A DNA stretch of 64,000 nucleotides, taken from assembly GCA_028286885.1 (NCBI GenBank), contig JAQBQS010000016.1, positions 2,809 through 66,808 on the forward strand, given 5' to 3'. The notes below the pieces were generated by a model. It had not been told where the DNA came from. It worked only from the letters and a program-made list of their open reading frames with translations, and made no database searches. This document shows positions 1 to 9,392 of the stretch, in pieces (the stretch's first letter is position 1; every line of letters starts with the position of its first letter). The position numbers were made by a program, and so were the translations under genes. Origin of the DNA: Patescibacteria group bacterium (GTDB taxonomy: Bacteria > Patescibacteriota > Minisyncoccia > Phycocordibacterales > UBA1006).

Positions 1-1
1 A

Positions 2-211
2 TGCCAGCAGTATAGTCAGGAAAAGTCTTTATCGGGCCACTTCAGAGTTGTCATCGGAATTGACGAAAAAGATGTGATCTTTCACGATCCTAATGATCTT
101 CTTGAAAATGGCGCGTTACAAAAAATGACTCACGAATCTTTTTTCGAGCTGTGGCAGCCGACAGGGGAAAATGTAACAGGCGGAAGATTCGTTTGGATTT
201 CAAATGAATAA
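2..211 (+). CDS. C-terminal part of peptidase C39-like protein (truncated by window start)
   Basis: Frame from position 2 reads ...SGHFRVVIGIDEKDVIFHDP...FFELW...NE*; the H..V..G and D-P motifs are typical of C39-like papain-fold proteins. Confidence 0.55.
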   Translation, partial: CQQYSQEKSLSGHFRVVIGIDEKDVIFHDPNDLLENGALQKMTHESFFELWQPTGENVTGGRFVWISNE

Positions 212-290
212 AACTCAAAACAAAAAATCCCTCTTGCCGTGCCGAAGCTTTATGCGAAGGCAGGAGAGGGATTTTTTGTTTGGATATTAT

Positions 291-737
291 TTATTTCTTC
301 ATTCCATGCGCGCATCCGCATGTTCCGTCTGCGCATTCGTTGCAGTTTCGATGCCCAAATCGGCAGATGCTGTATGCTCCGCATCCTGAAAAGAGGACTG
401 CGATCGCTACTGACAAGAGGAGGAGTGGTGCGAATGACATCTCGATTCCGACAGGACCTGTTACCTTGATGATGGCAACGATCATCGTGATAGCAAGGAG
501 GAACGAGAAGAACTTGCTCCAAAGTCCTAGGATGAGGGACGCTCCTCCCAAAATCTCGATAATGGCGACAAGCCATGCGAAGAAAGCTCCGAATCCGAGT
601 GATGCGAAGAACGCGATCGTTCCGTGCATGTCGTTTAATTTCTGAATTCCTTCGTAGAGAAAGATGACACCGGCTACGAATCTGATGATGAAGAGTCCGA
701 GAGCTGGCGAGTGGAAGTGATGACGAATTGATTTCAT
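291..737 (-). CDS. DoxX family membrane protein
   Basis: RFVAGVIFLYEGIQKL...EILGGASLILGL...GCGAYSI pattern; start set at ATG 737 because the longer ORF overlaps the tRNA. Confidence 0.8.
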   Translation of the reverse strand: MKSIRHHFHSPALGLFIIRFVAGVIFLYEGIQKLNDMHGTIAFFASLGFGAFFAWLVAIIEILGGASLILGLWSKFFSFLLAITMIVAIIKVTGPVGIEMSFAPLLLLSVAIAVLFSGCGAYSICRFGHRNCNECADGTCGCAHGMKK

Positions 738-862
738 GTGAAAATGGCTAGTGGTTAATAGGACAAGTATATCAGGCTTGAAAAAAATTCCAAACCTGCT
801 ATGATGGAAAAACTTCCGCCTTCGCCCCCTTCGCTTACGCTCAGGGCTACGGCGCGATAAAA

Positions 863-933
863 GCGGTGCTAGTTTAGTGGTAGAATAACTGCCTTCCAAG
901 CAGTGGATCAGGGTTCGATTCCCTGGCGCCGCA
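863..933 (+). tRNA. tRNA-Gly (TCC)
   Basis: Cloverleaf: acceptor GCGGTGC/GCGCCGC, anticodon arm ACTGC-CTTCCAA-GCAGT, T arm CAGGG-TTCGATT-CCCTG. Confidence 0.95.
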
Positions 934-2599
934 CAGTAAGAGATTTCTCGTCTAGTTTTTCTTCATTTATCTTGAAAATGAAGGTCAGTTTTGGTGTTCG
1001 ACTAACTATTTCTTCGTATGTCGGAAACTCTTCGAAGAAGAGGCTATAAAGTGTGATCTGTTCTCGCTTATTCTCAATGTTTTCAAGTATTTTTGTAGGG
1101 TGTTCCATTAAATCTTTTGTATTTTTTATAAATTCGTGAATTTGGTCTTCGTTGATATCGAGCTTGTTTCTTTCGTTTTGTGCCCGACTCAGTTCAATAT
1201 GGATACTCTCATACTCCTTTTCGAGGTCGGCTTTTACGATTGGAGAATTTGCAGCTTCAATTGCTCTAAGTTTCAACTGTTTTTGTTCTTTTATTTCGAG
1301 AATGCGCTTGCTTATAAAGTTTGATTTGTCAGCAACAGTACCTTCTTCTCGGCGATATTTATAAACTAAAGCCCTCTCAATTATCGAGATAAATTCATCA
1401 GTAAACTTAATAGTTGCAAGGAAATTATTGAAAGTATCCTCGGCTTCCTTTCGAGGAAAGGCATATCTTTCGTGTTTTCTAGAACAATGATACGCAGGAT
1501 ATTTGTTTCCTAATTTTCCTGTCGAAAAACTTCCCAAAAGTGGTTTGCCACAGAGCGGGCATTTTAAGATATTTTTAAAAGGGAAGTCGGGTCGGAAATC
1601 ATGTCTTTTGTCCAAGAATTTTTCAAGCTTTTGGTCATAAAGAATTTCAAACCTATTTTCTCCAAGAGAATTTATGTAGACCTTGCCACGATTGGCTTTA
1701 TTAAAAATATCCATTGAAACAATCCCATTCCATTTTCCTTTAATAGGAAGGTAGTTTGTCCATTTTTCACAAACTATTCCGCAGTAAATTGGTCTTGTTA
1801 TTATTCTTTGGAGAGTTTTAACTGTAAGTCCGAGCGATTCCGTCTTTCCTGTAATTTTTGTTTTTGAATTATTCCATTTCTTGCGAACTTTTGATTTAAA
1901 TCCCATTGCGTTTATCTTCGAAACAATTTCCTCATCAGAGTAAATACCCTCCGCACGAAGTCTAAACATTTCAGAATAGTATTTACTTCTCTCGGGATCA
2001 GGTTCAAGAATGTATCGTTTCTTCATATCAACGTCCACCTTTTTTGAAACATATCCGTCGTTGGCTGGTCCCATATGATAACCGTCCCTCACCAAAAGAA
2101 TTTGTGCCTCGATAAGCTGTCGAAGGATTCTCTTTCGATCCATTTCCGATCGTTTGACTTCCATTAGCTCGCTCGCCTCGCTTGGGCTTTCTGTAGACCA
2201 CTCATACTTTAAATTATATTTATCAAAGTGGTTTTTTTCTGCCTGAATGATACCAGTAACATCTCGTAATTCAGTTCCGTGTTTTAGTAGTTCCGATTTG
2301 ATCTCGTAATAATTGTCTACTTTTCCGCGTGTCATTCGACTGATTATGCGAATAATAAGGAACTTAACTTTCCCGGGATTGTCCTTTAAAATTTGGATTA
2401 TTTCGTTGTAAACAGGGCGTGATTTTGTTTTTCCGCTAAAAGGCTCCTCGAATACTTTGTTATCAGGGAATAGTGTATATCCGTTGCGGTCGCAGTAATT
2501 TCTTATATCTTGCTCCTGTCCTGCAAGACTATCGCCGCCGACTGCTTGTTTTGCAGTGCTTACGCGCGCATATCCAATTACATAAATTGGCTCATTCAT
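908..2599 (-). CDS. Large serine recombinase (resolvase + recombinase + Zn-ribbon + coiled coil)
   Basis: YARVSTAKQ catalytic motif, SRMTR, CPLCG...YHC zinc ribbon; stop codon lies inside tRNA-Gly. Confidence 0.92.
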   Translation of the reverse strand: MNEPIYVIGYARVSTAKQAVGGDSLAGQEQDIRNYCDRNGYTLFPDNKVFEEPFSGKTKSRPVYNEIIQILKDNPGKVKFLIIRIISRMTRGKVDNYYEIKSELLKHGTELRDVTGIIQAEKNHFDKYNLKYEWSTESPSEASELMEVKRSEMDRKRILRQLIEAQILLVRDGYHMGPANDGYVSKKVDVDMKKRYILEPDPERSKYYSEMFRLRAEGIYSDEEIVSKINAMGFKSKVRKKWNNSKTKITGKTESLGLTVKTLQRIITRPIYCGIVCEKWTNYLPIKGKWNGIVSMDIFNKANRGKVYINSLGENRFEILYDQKLEKFLDKRHDFRPDFPFKNILKCPLCGKPLLGSFSTGKLGNKYPAYHCSRKHERYAFPRKEAEDTFNNFLATIKFTDEFISIIERALVYKYRREEGTVADKSNFISKRILEIKEQKQLKLRAIEAANSPIVKADLEKEYESIHIELSRAQNERNKLDINEDQIHEFIKNTKDLMEHPTKILENIENKREQITLYSLFFEEFPTYEEIVSRTPKLTFIFKINEEKLDEKSLTVRRQGIEP

Positions 2600-2769
2600 A
2601 AATCTATTTTAACATTATCCGTTTGTTTTGACTCATTTTCAAACCAAATTTTATAAGCTGTATTAACAAATATCATAGAAGCTTCATAAATTTTTTGTAC
2701 CTGAAAATCTGAGAACTTTTTCAGCTCCTCATGAGTAAGTACATTCTTTTTGAATTCTTCCAAGCTCAT
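2596..2769 (-). CDS. Small hypothetical protein coupled to the recombinase
   Basis: 57-aa ORF (MSLEEFKK...) whose stop overlaps the recombinase start (ATGA). Confidence 0.5.
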   Translation of the reverse strand: MSLEEFKKNVLTHEELKKFSDFQVQKIYEASMIFVNTAYKIWFENESKQTDNVKIDL

Positions 2770-3209
2770 TATTTTGAGATTAAAATCGAGATAACAAAAA
2801 CGCCCCAATATAAGGGCTTTTTGTAAGCAAATTACCTGTTCGTAGAAATACGTAGAATTGGTAATTAACTAGGCAAAAAGCCTAACGAATTACCAACTCG
2901 ACGCATTTATTTATCCTGAAGTAAACATATCGTAACTTGTAGATTCATCGGAGATCTCTAGTGTTTTTTAGCCACTTTCTAACTTTTTCTAACCTCCAAA
3001 TGAAACAGGATGAGACATAATCAGGGTAAAATGCAATGTTGATCCGTTTTCTCGATATGATCGCTCCCTGCAATAGTTTTTCGAGAAAACTTTATTAAAT
3101 TATCTGGGGCAATGAACTGACTGACTTTATTATAGCAGTTGTTTTGAAAAAATCACCTCCTAGACATTACAGGATTAAAATAGTACGCTTTCTAACATAA
3201 CCTAATAAA

Positions 3210-3357
3210 AGTAGCCTAAACTCGTCTAACGGCGAGCATGGTGAAAGCAATGTCCAGTCAGACATAAAAAACCCATCATATGGGGTTTGTCTGACTGGCT
3301 GCATTTGGAAACGAATGCAGAGGGCGAAAGTCCTCAACCTATGTGGTGGGCTTTTTG
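3210..3357 (+). ncRNA. Candidate structured RNA, copy 1 (unassigned family)
   Basis: Homologous to 23133-23279 with compensatory changes; multi-stem junction with two GAAA tetraloops and a 3' U-run. Confidence 0.7.
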
Positions 3358-3389
3358 TATCTCATTTATTAGAACAGTCAGACTAATTT

Positions 3390-3728
3390 ATGAAATTTAA
3401 TCCTTTTAAGATAATTTTAAGTGTCGCCAGTCTTATTTTAGCTGGAAGTGTGTTTTATTACTTTATTATTTATTTGCCCTCTGAAAAGCAGATGGAACAT
3501 TTTCGAACCGAACAGGGGAATAGTTTGAGAAACTCGGCATTAAATCATTGTTTTCAGGATGTTCAGTCTGAATATCAAGATGATATGACGAAAAACTGTT
3601 TCCAAGAAGGTTTTGATGATTGCTCCCTGAATCCACATGTTGCAGGAAATATGATAGTTGTTTTGAATAATAAATTACAAGCAGATAAGCAAATTTGTAT
3701 TAAAGAGTACGGGACATGGAATCCATAA
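3390..3728 (+). CDS. Hypothetical single-TM exported protein, Cys-containing
   Basis: N-terminal TM helix, four Cys, followed by a terminator. Confidence 0.7.
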   Translation: MKFNPFKIILSVASLILAGSVFYYFIIYLPSEKQMEHFRTEQGNSLRNSALNHCFQDVQSEYQDDMTKNCFQEGFDDCSLNPHVAGNMIVVLNNKLQADKQICIKEYGTWNP

Positions 3729-3776
3729 TAAAAACAGCTTAAAACCCCTAATTTAGGGGTTTTAAGCTGTTTTTAT
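3728..3776. terminator. Bidirectional intrinsic terminator / perfect inverted repeat
   Basis: ATAAAAACAGCTTAAAACCCCTAA-T-TTAGGGGTTTTAAGCTGTTTTTAT between convergent genes. Confidence 0.75.
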
Positions 3777-3871
3777 TTACTATTTAGAGTGCCCGTATTG
3801 CCTAACTTTTTCTTACCTTGAAACCTTTTTATTTCGCACTTTTTCGTACCAACATTTTTAATTTAAAGTGC

Positions 3872-4165
3872 CTAACTGGCAACATTAAACTTGATATTTC
3901 TTGTTTTTTCCAAAATATCCAAAGTAGCTTTTACAGAAGAATTAGAAGTATTTTTTAAGATTAGCCTATCGCCGTATTTACTGACCAATGGGCTTAAAAA
4001 TTCATCTCCCCATGATGGAGCGAATGTTAAAATTCCAGAAAAATCCAAAATAAGCTCTTCTGAATCAGAAAAGTTTTTTAATTCAGGTTCAAATGCTGTA
4101 AAAGCTTCTCTTCCTCGATCCCGAAATACCGATGTGTTTCCAAATTTAACTAATTGAATTTCCAT
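3872..4165 (-). CDS. STAS-like DUF4325 family protein
   Basis: R.RGRE...LILDFSGI...PSWGDEF motif; lies downstream of an HATPase gene as is usual for this family. Confidence 0.75.
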   Translation of the reverse strand: MEIQLVKFGNTSVFRDRGREAFTAFEPELKNFSDSEELILDFSGILTFAPSWGDEFLSPLVSKYGDRLILKNTSNSSVKATLDILEKTRNIKFNVAS

Positions 4166-4183
4166 AATGTTTATTATACTAAG

Positions 4184-4915
4184 CTAATATTTAATATAAG
4201 CAACACAGCCGCGTAACCAACGAACGGCAGGCCTAATATCTAAATTTGAAGAGTCATGTTTAATTTCCAGTTCTGCGTTACCACTTTGAAATCTAAGTCC
4301 GATTAGATTATTTGTTACGACAGTCCTTACAAATTTTAATCCGTTCCCACGAGACTCCTGAGTCCTTCCAGAAACAACCTCGGTAAATGCTGTATTTATA
4401 GCACTACCATCATCTATCAGGTCTGGGAGGGCTTGCCTTAATGTTGTTAAGATCCCTAAGCCTCGGTCAGCGAGCACAACCTCTCTTTTGTCTGTGTCGT
4501 ATGCAAAAAATATGCCTGCTTCGTCTGGCCAGCGACCTAAGTTATGATCGAAAGAGTTTCCTCCAATTTCTCCAGAAACCGATACCACCAAAGAAAATAT
4601 ATCTTCGAGGAGAGGTGATTTCAGAAGCTCTTCTTGAAACTTGCCAAGCTTGGTCTGAAAAACTGCACTATTCTCAGCATATGCATATCTAGGGATGTGC
4701 GGTATTTCTTTTGAGTCAGCAGTTGCCCATTCAAAAGCTGTTTGAAAAAGATTGTTTGGAAAGAACTCCAGATCAATCTTTCTGTAAAATCTATCCCCGC
4801 CAGGTGATTTCCTAACGGCTCGCAATTTTCCACTCTCGTCCCAACGCCTTAGCGTTGTTATTGAGACATTTAAAATTTTTGCTGCCTCCCCTACTGGTAA
4901 TAGTTCATTCTCCAT
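4184..4915 (-). CDS. MerR-type HTH fused to HATPase-like domain
   Basis: VGEAAKILNVSITTLRRWDESGKL HTH; EIGGNSFDH (N box), DRGLGI (G1), RGNGL (G2). Confidence 0.8.
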   Translation of the reverse strand: MENELLPVGEAAKILNVSITTLRRWDESGKLRAVRKSPGGDRFYRKIDLEFFPNNLFQTAFEWATADSKEIPHIPRYAYAENSAVFQTKLGKFQEELLKSPLLEDIFSLVVSVSGEIGGNSFDHNLGRWPDEAGIFFAYDTDKREVVLADRGLGILTTLRQALPDLIDDGSAINTAFTEVVSGRTQESRGNGLKFVRTVVTNNLIGLRFQSGNAELEIKHDSSNLDIRPAVRWLRGCVAYIKY

Positions 4916-5078
4916 AATTTAAGGTTATATTTTGAATTATACACTAATTTAGGCAAAAACTTGTGTAATACCTACTCATAATATATGCTAAATCTACTCA
5001 TTGCAACAAACATTGATTTTATACCTTTAATCCCTATAAATTGCAATCTGATTAATAGCTTATAATCAAAACATATTT

Positions 5079-5366
5079 ATGGCAGTAAGAATTACTTGTA
5101 TTAACAAAGATAATGGAAATCATTTAAATCCTCATGCAGGGATAACGCACTTCGGATGGGTAAATGAACAAACCAGGGCTACTGGTAAAAGCACGAAAGC
5201 TGTTATGGTTGATTTTTTGACTAAACAAGGAGGGAAGGCATATGTAAAAGATGCTAGAGGGAATATCGCTTATGTTGGCGTTATTACGAATCATATTCCT
5301 CCATATCTTAGAACCTACGCGGATGGTAAGTGGTCGGATAATTTGCTCAGTTTGGGCGAATGTTAA
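5079..5366 (+). CDS. DUF3892 family protein
   Basis: ITCINK...YLRTYADGKWSDNLLSLGEC signature. Confidence 0.8.
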   Translation: MAVRITCINKDNGNHLNPHAGITHFGWVNEQTRATGKSTKAVMVDFLTKQGGKAYVKDARGNIAYVGVITNHIPPYLRTYADGKWSDNLLSLGEC

Positions 5367-5369
5367 TTT

Positions 5370-6104
5370 ATGAAGTTGGTTTTTATTGATGAGACAGATC
5401 GGCAGGCAAGTTCCACAGTCCACGCATTCTTTTCGATTTGTGGGTTGGTTATTGATGAGTCTGAAATTATGGCAACGACAAACGAACTTGAAGAAATTAA
5501 GAAAAAATACAATTTTTCGAATCTAAAGGAATCTAGAAAAAGCGGTCTTTCCGAACAGGAAAAAGTTATTATTTCTACAGAAGTATTTGATTGCCTCAAA
5601 AAACATAACGCATCAATTATTTCAATCGTCTTGGGAGATTTTTCCATGAGCTTTAACATGCCCAAAGATGACCTTTACATGGGAGCAATACAATTCTTGA
5701 TGGAGCGTTTCTGTCTTATTTTAATGAAAGTAAATAGTTGTGGTTTGGCAATATTTGATTGTACAGAAAAGAGATTTGAGAAAAAGCTTAGAGAAAAATT
5801 TTACGAATATATTCAGACTCAAACCGTTCATATGGCTTGGGAGTCAAAACCAAGAGGTCCCATGAGAGATTTCATTCAACCAACTTTATTTTTTGCAGAT
5901 GATGAGCAAAGCATTCTTATTCAAGCGGTTGATCTTATTGCTGTTTCTTTAAACAGTGCGATCGTTAATATTACGCAAAGCAACCCAAAAATCATGGTTG
6001 CAGATCTTCCTTCTGGTAATAAGTTTCTAAACATATACTGGCCACTTTTTGCTTCAAGTTCTTCAGGTAAAGTCGAGGGGTGGGGTGTAAAAGTTTGGGA
6101 TTAA
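5370..6104 (+). CDS. DUF3800 family protein (RNase H-like fold)
   Basis: N-terminal FIDE and C-terminal IQAVDLIA motifs. Confidence 0.75.
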   Translation: MKLVFIDETDRQASSTVHAFFSICGLVIDESEIMATTNELEEIKKKYNFSNLKESRKSGLSEQEKVIISTEVFDCLKKHNASIISIVLGDFSMSFNMPKDDLYMGAIQFLMERFCLILMKVNSCGLAIFDCTEKRFEKKLREKFYEYIQTQTVHMAWESKPRGPMRDFIQPTLFFADDEQSILIQAVDLIAVSLNSAIVNITQSNPKIMVADLPSGNKFLNIYWPLFASSSSGKVEGWGVKVWD

Positions 6105-6290
6105 TCAAATGTTTTATGATGGTTCTACAACCATTAAGGTGTTAGTTTAATATTTACAAAACCATAATAAATTGAATCAATAAGGCTTTTGAGTCAATGA
6201 ATATTTTGTTCTCATTGCGGATAAGACTTCGTTCCATGTTAGAATCATATTCTGCAAGGTGTTCCATTCTAGGGACATGATGCGCACCAC

Positions 6291-6334
6291 TTCGCAAAAA
6301 AGCCATTCGTCAAAACGAATGGCTTTTTTGCGAA
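6291..6334 (+). terminator. Intrinsic terminator, probably the original tRNA-Gly terminator
   Basis: 20-bp stem TTCGCAAAAAAGCCATTCGT-CAAA-ACGAATGGCTTTTTTGCGAA immediately after the putative right att (GCACCA). Confidence 0.6.
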
Positions 6335-6361
6335 AAATATGAGTATGCTATAGTAACGAAT

Positions 6362-6934
6362 ATGGAACTTGAAACGCAACGATTAATACTTCGAAAAGGC
6401 AAAAGGGGGGACTGGAAAGACATTGTTGAAGGAGCTTCGGATCTGAATGTTTCAAAGAATATGACCACGGTGCCTCATCCCTATGGCAAGTCCGATGCGG
6501 AGTGGTTTATCAATGACTCGATCAAGAAGTGGAATCAAAAGAAAGGATACTCTTTTTTCATTGAATTGAAATCGGAAAAGAAAGTTATCGGTGTGATGAC
6601 TATCGGCGGGATTAGCGAAACCAACGGCACAGCGACAACGGGTTCTTGGGTTAACAAGAAATATTGGAAAAAAGGATATATCACAGAAGCAAAAATAGCG
6701 GTAAATGATTTTGCTTTCAATATGTTAAAACTTCGACGCCTCAACTCGACCGTTTTTACGGAAAATAAAGCATCAAATGCTACTCAGTCAAAAATGGGTT
6801 ACAAGATGGAAGGAATGAGCCGAAAAGCACAAAGATCCAAATCCACCGGCAAGATTCACGATATTAATATTTACGGACTTCTTAAGGAAGACTGGAAAAA
6901 GGCGAGAAAAAATCTTGTCCGAAAAAGTAAATAA
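6362..6934 (+). CDS. GNAT (RimJ/RimL-like) N-acetyltransferase
   Basis: LETQRLILR start; YWKKGYITEA; N.AS....K.G motifs. Confidence 0.85.
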   Translation: MELETQRLILRKGKRGDWKDIVEGASDLNVSKNMTTVPHPYGKSDAEWFINDSIKKWNQKKGYSFFIELKSEKKVIGVMTIGGISETNGTATTGSWVNKKYWKKGYITEAKIAVNDFAFNMLKLRRLNSTVFTENKASNATQSKMGYKMEGMSRKAQRSKSTGKIHDINIYGLLKEDWKKARKNLVRKSK

Positions 6935-7710
6935 TGAAACGAATATTCACTCCCTACGAACTCGCGCAACTGGCGAAACACACGATTACGGATTTTGACT
7001 TGGAAAAAATTTCAAAAGGACTCGGCGAAACGTTTTTGGATATTCCCGTTGAATACATAACAGGATTCTGCGAGTTTCGGAAACATGATTTCCAAGTAAG
7101 CCGCGATACCCTGATTCCGAGAATAGAAACGGAAGAAATGATTGATATCGGATTAGAATGCGCAGCGGGTATTCTTGAAAAAAACATCGACAAGAAAACA
7201 ATCGCGTTTGCGGATATCGGAACAGGATCGGGAATTATTGGAATTTCATTCGCAAACGAACTGTCCGAGAAGGGAATCATCACCAAAGGCACTCTGTCGG
7301 ATATTTCGCCAAATGCGCTCGAAATTGCAAAGCAAAACGCAAAGCGCATTCTTGGCGAGGAAAACGATCTCGCATTTTTGGAATCGAATTTGCTCGAGAA
7401 TTTTCCAGTCTCGAAATTTGATATTGTGTTCGCAAATTTACCCTACATTCCATCTGGGAATATGAAGGGCTTGGATTCCTCGGTGAAAGACTTTGAGCCT
7501 GTATCGGCACTCGACGGCGGACCCGACGGATTGGACTTGGTCAGGAAGCTCCTACAGCAGGCTCCTGCATTCTTGAACCAAGATGGCATCGTGATTTTAG
7601 AAGTCGATGATTCGCATCTTGATGCAACTGAATTCTTGGAGAACTTTCATGTCGAGATTAGAAAGGATCAGTTTGGAAACAACCGGTTTTGGATCTTGAA
7701 ATTAAAATAA
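6934..7710 (+). CDS. prmC: Release factor glutamine methyltransferase HemK/PrmC
   Basis: LIPRIETE, DIGTGSG, NLPY (NPPY variant), ALDGGPDGL. Confidence 0.88.
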   Translation: MKRIFTPYELAQLAKHTITDFDLEKISKGLGETFLDIPVEYITGFCEFRKHDFQVSRDTLIPRIETEEMIDIGLECAAGILEKNIDKKTIAFADIGTGSGIIGISFANELSEKGIITKGTLSDISPNALEIAKQNAKRILGEENDLAFLESNLLENFPVSKFDIVFANLPYIPSGNMKGLDSSVKDFEPVSALDGGPDGLDLVRKLLQQAPAFLNQDGIVILEVDDSHLDATEFLENFHVEIRKDQFGNNRFWILKLK

Positions 7711-7773
7711 GATGAAACATAAAATCCTCCATATGGAGGATTTTATGCGTGTTTGTGAATCGCAAAAAGGAAA

Positions 7774-8046
7774 CTATTTGACTGCGTCCTTCAAAGCCTT
7801 TGCGGCTCGGAACTTTGGAACGGTTGTCGCTGCAACCTGGACTGTCTCGCCCGTCTTCGGGTTTCGAGCTGTTCGTGCTGCGCGCGCTTTCGCTGAGAAG
7901 ATTCCGAGTCCGGCGAGCGAGACTTCACCTCCTTTTTTCAAAGTTGATGTGATCTCGTCGATAAACATCTGGACAACTTCCTCGGCCTGGACCTTGGTTC
8001 CGCCGATTTTCGCGTGGATCAAATCGGCAAGTGCTGCTTTGTTCAT
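7774..8046 (-). CDS. hup: DNA-binding protein HU
   Basis: MNKAAL...GLGIF...ARTARNPKTGE...PKFRAAKALKDAV. Confidence 0.95.
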   Translation of the reverse strand: MNKAALADLIHAKIGGTKVQAEEVVQMFIDEITSTLKKGGEVSLAGLGIFSAKARAARTARNPKTGETVQVAATTVPKFRAAKALKDAVK

Positions 8047-8259
8047 GTTCATAGGAACGTGTGCGTCCGTCCCGCCCGTCGGCGGTTCGGACAAAATGAT
8101 TAGGACTTGTAATTAGCTGATCAGCCTTTTGCTTCCAAAAAGCATAATCATTGTAGCATAAGGGTTTTTAGGGACTACTTGACTATAAACTTTATTTATG
8201 ACATGATGTTTTGGAATAAAACCGTTATAATTGAACATTTTAAACTAAAAGACAAGAAT

Positions 8260-8859
8260 ATGGCTATAAGAAATCAAGACAAAACAGTCATTGTAACCTA
8301 CGGGGGAAGCTTGATGAAGGACTATTCGCTCATCAGCGAACGGTGTGAATCAGTTTGTGATGCGGTAGAGCAGAGTGAAACCGATAAAACATACATTATT
8401 TTGGCAGCAGGATTTAATCCCAAGGAAAAAACCAATAAGCCGTTCAAAGAGTTAATGGCGGAAGACATTGAGATTATGCTCGAAGGAAAAAGATATGAGC
8501 GTATCGCCGACGGTATGTCAGCTGATTTAGTCAAAGGAGAGCATCTCGTCAAAATTATGCCGACAGCGGGAAACCATTGGGGGACACTCAAACAGACGGA
8601 GGCGATGCTGCATGAAATAGGCCTTCTGAAAGATGTCAAAACAATTCATGTTGTCATCACCGAGGAAAACATTCCTCAGCTGAAATTTATCTGGCGGCTT
8701 TTTTACAAAGGCGATGCCAAGCTTGAATTCTCCGGCAAGCCGCGCGGCGGAAGAAGCCATTACTACAGGTACGTGCTGGAAAATTTGCGCAAGGTGAGAG
8801 CGCTCCTCTACTGGTTCTTCAAAAAGGATCTGGAGCGAACGCTTGATATCGATGAATGA
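8260..8859 (+). CDS. Hypothetical protein
   Basis: 199-aa ORF with upstream promoter-like sequence and downstream hairpin. Confidence 0.6.
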   Translation: MAIRNQDKTVIVTYGGSLMKDYSLISERCESVCDAVEQSETDKTYIILAAGFNPKEKTNKPFKELMAEDIEIMLEGKRYERIADGMSADLVKGEHLVKIMPTAGNHWGTLKQTEAMLHEIGLLKDVKTIHVVITEENIPQLKFIWRLFYKGDAKLEFSGKPRGGRSHYYRYVLENLRKVRALLYWFFKKDLERTLDIDE

Positions 8860-8980
8860 TTTTAAACACAATATCCGCACATTGCTGTGCGGATTTTTTA
8901 TTTAAAAAACTTCTAAGCCACCACACCAAATTTCCTTTCCTTAAAAAGGAAATTTGGTGTGGTGGCAAGAAAAAAGCAGC

Positions 8981-9316
8981 TTAGGCTGCTTGGGGTTCGA
9001 GAAAGAGAGGTTCGAGTTCCTTGATCACTCCGCAGAAGAATTTGATTTCCGCCTTCGGAACGTCCGAAACGAATTCGGGATAGCGATTCTTGAATACCTC
9101 GTGGTTTTTCCAGAGAATGGTAATTTTGCCGTAGATGAGGTCGATGTTTTTCGGCGGAATACGTTCTTTGTGCAAGGAGACCAAAGTCTCGATTGTTTTG
9201 ATCCGTTCGCAGAAGCCCAGGTGAATAGGATGCGATCCTGATTTCGAATACGACTCCATTTTCTGGGGCAAGTTTGCGAATACGGCTGTTACAGCAATGA
9301 TATAGTCTTGATTCAT
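8981..9316 (-). CDS. Hypothetical protein
   Basis: ORF from MNQDYII; the longer called ORF overlaps the next gene. Confidence 0.5.
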   Translation of the reverse strand: MNQDYIIAVTAVFANLPQKMESYSKSGSHPIHLGFCERIKTIETLVSLHKERIPPKNIDLIYGKITILWKNHEVFKNRYPEFVSDVPKAEIKFFCGVIKELEPLFLEPQAA

Positions 9317-9392
9317 AACAGTATTATTTTGTCTTATGAGCGTACTATTCTGCTTTATTTTTGTAAAGCAAAACGCCCCCGGCGTCCTGGTC

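Larger units (their letters stand above)
930..6287. mobile_element. Serine-recombinase genomic island integrated at the tRNA-Gly 3' end
   Basis: Recombinase abuts the tRNA; visibly AT-rich cargo; shared core CGCAC at 930-934 and 6283-6287, the right copy continuing as CCA plus a terminator-like hairpin. Confidence 0.7.

Noticed and set aside
738-899. 5' extension of the DoxX ORF to 899
   Set aside because: Overlaps tRNA-Gly and its promoter; ATG 737 fits the family length
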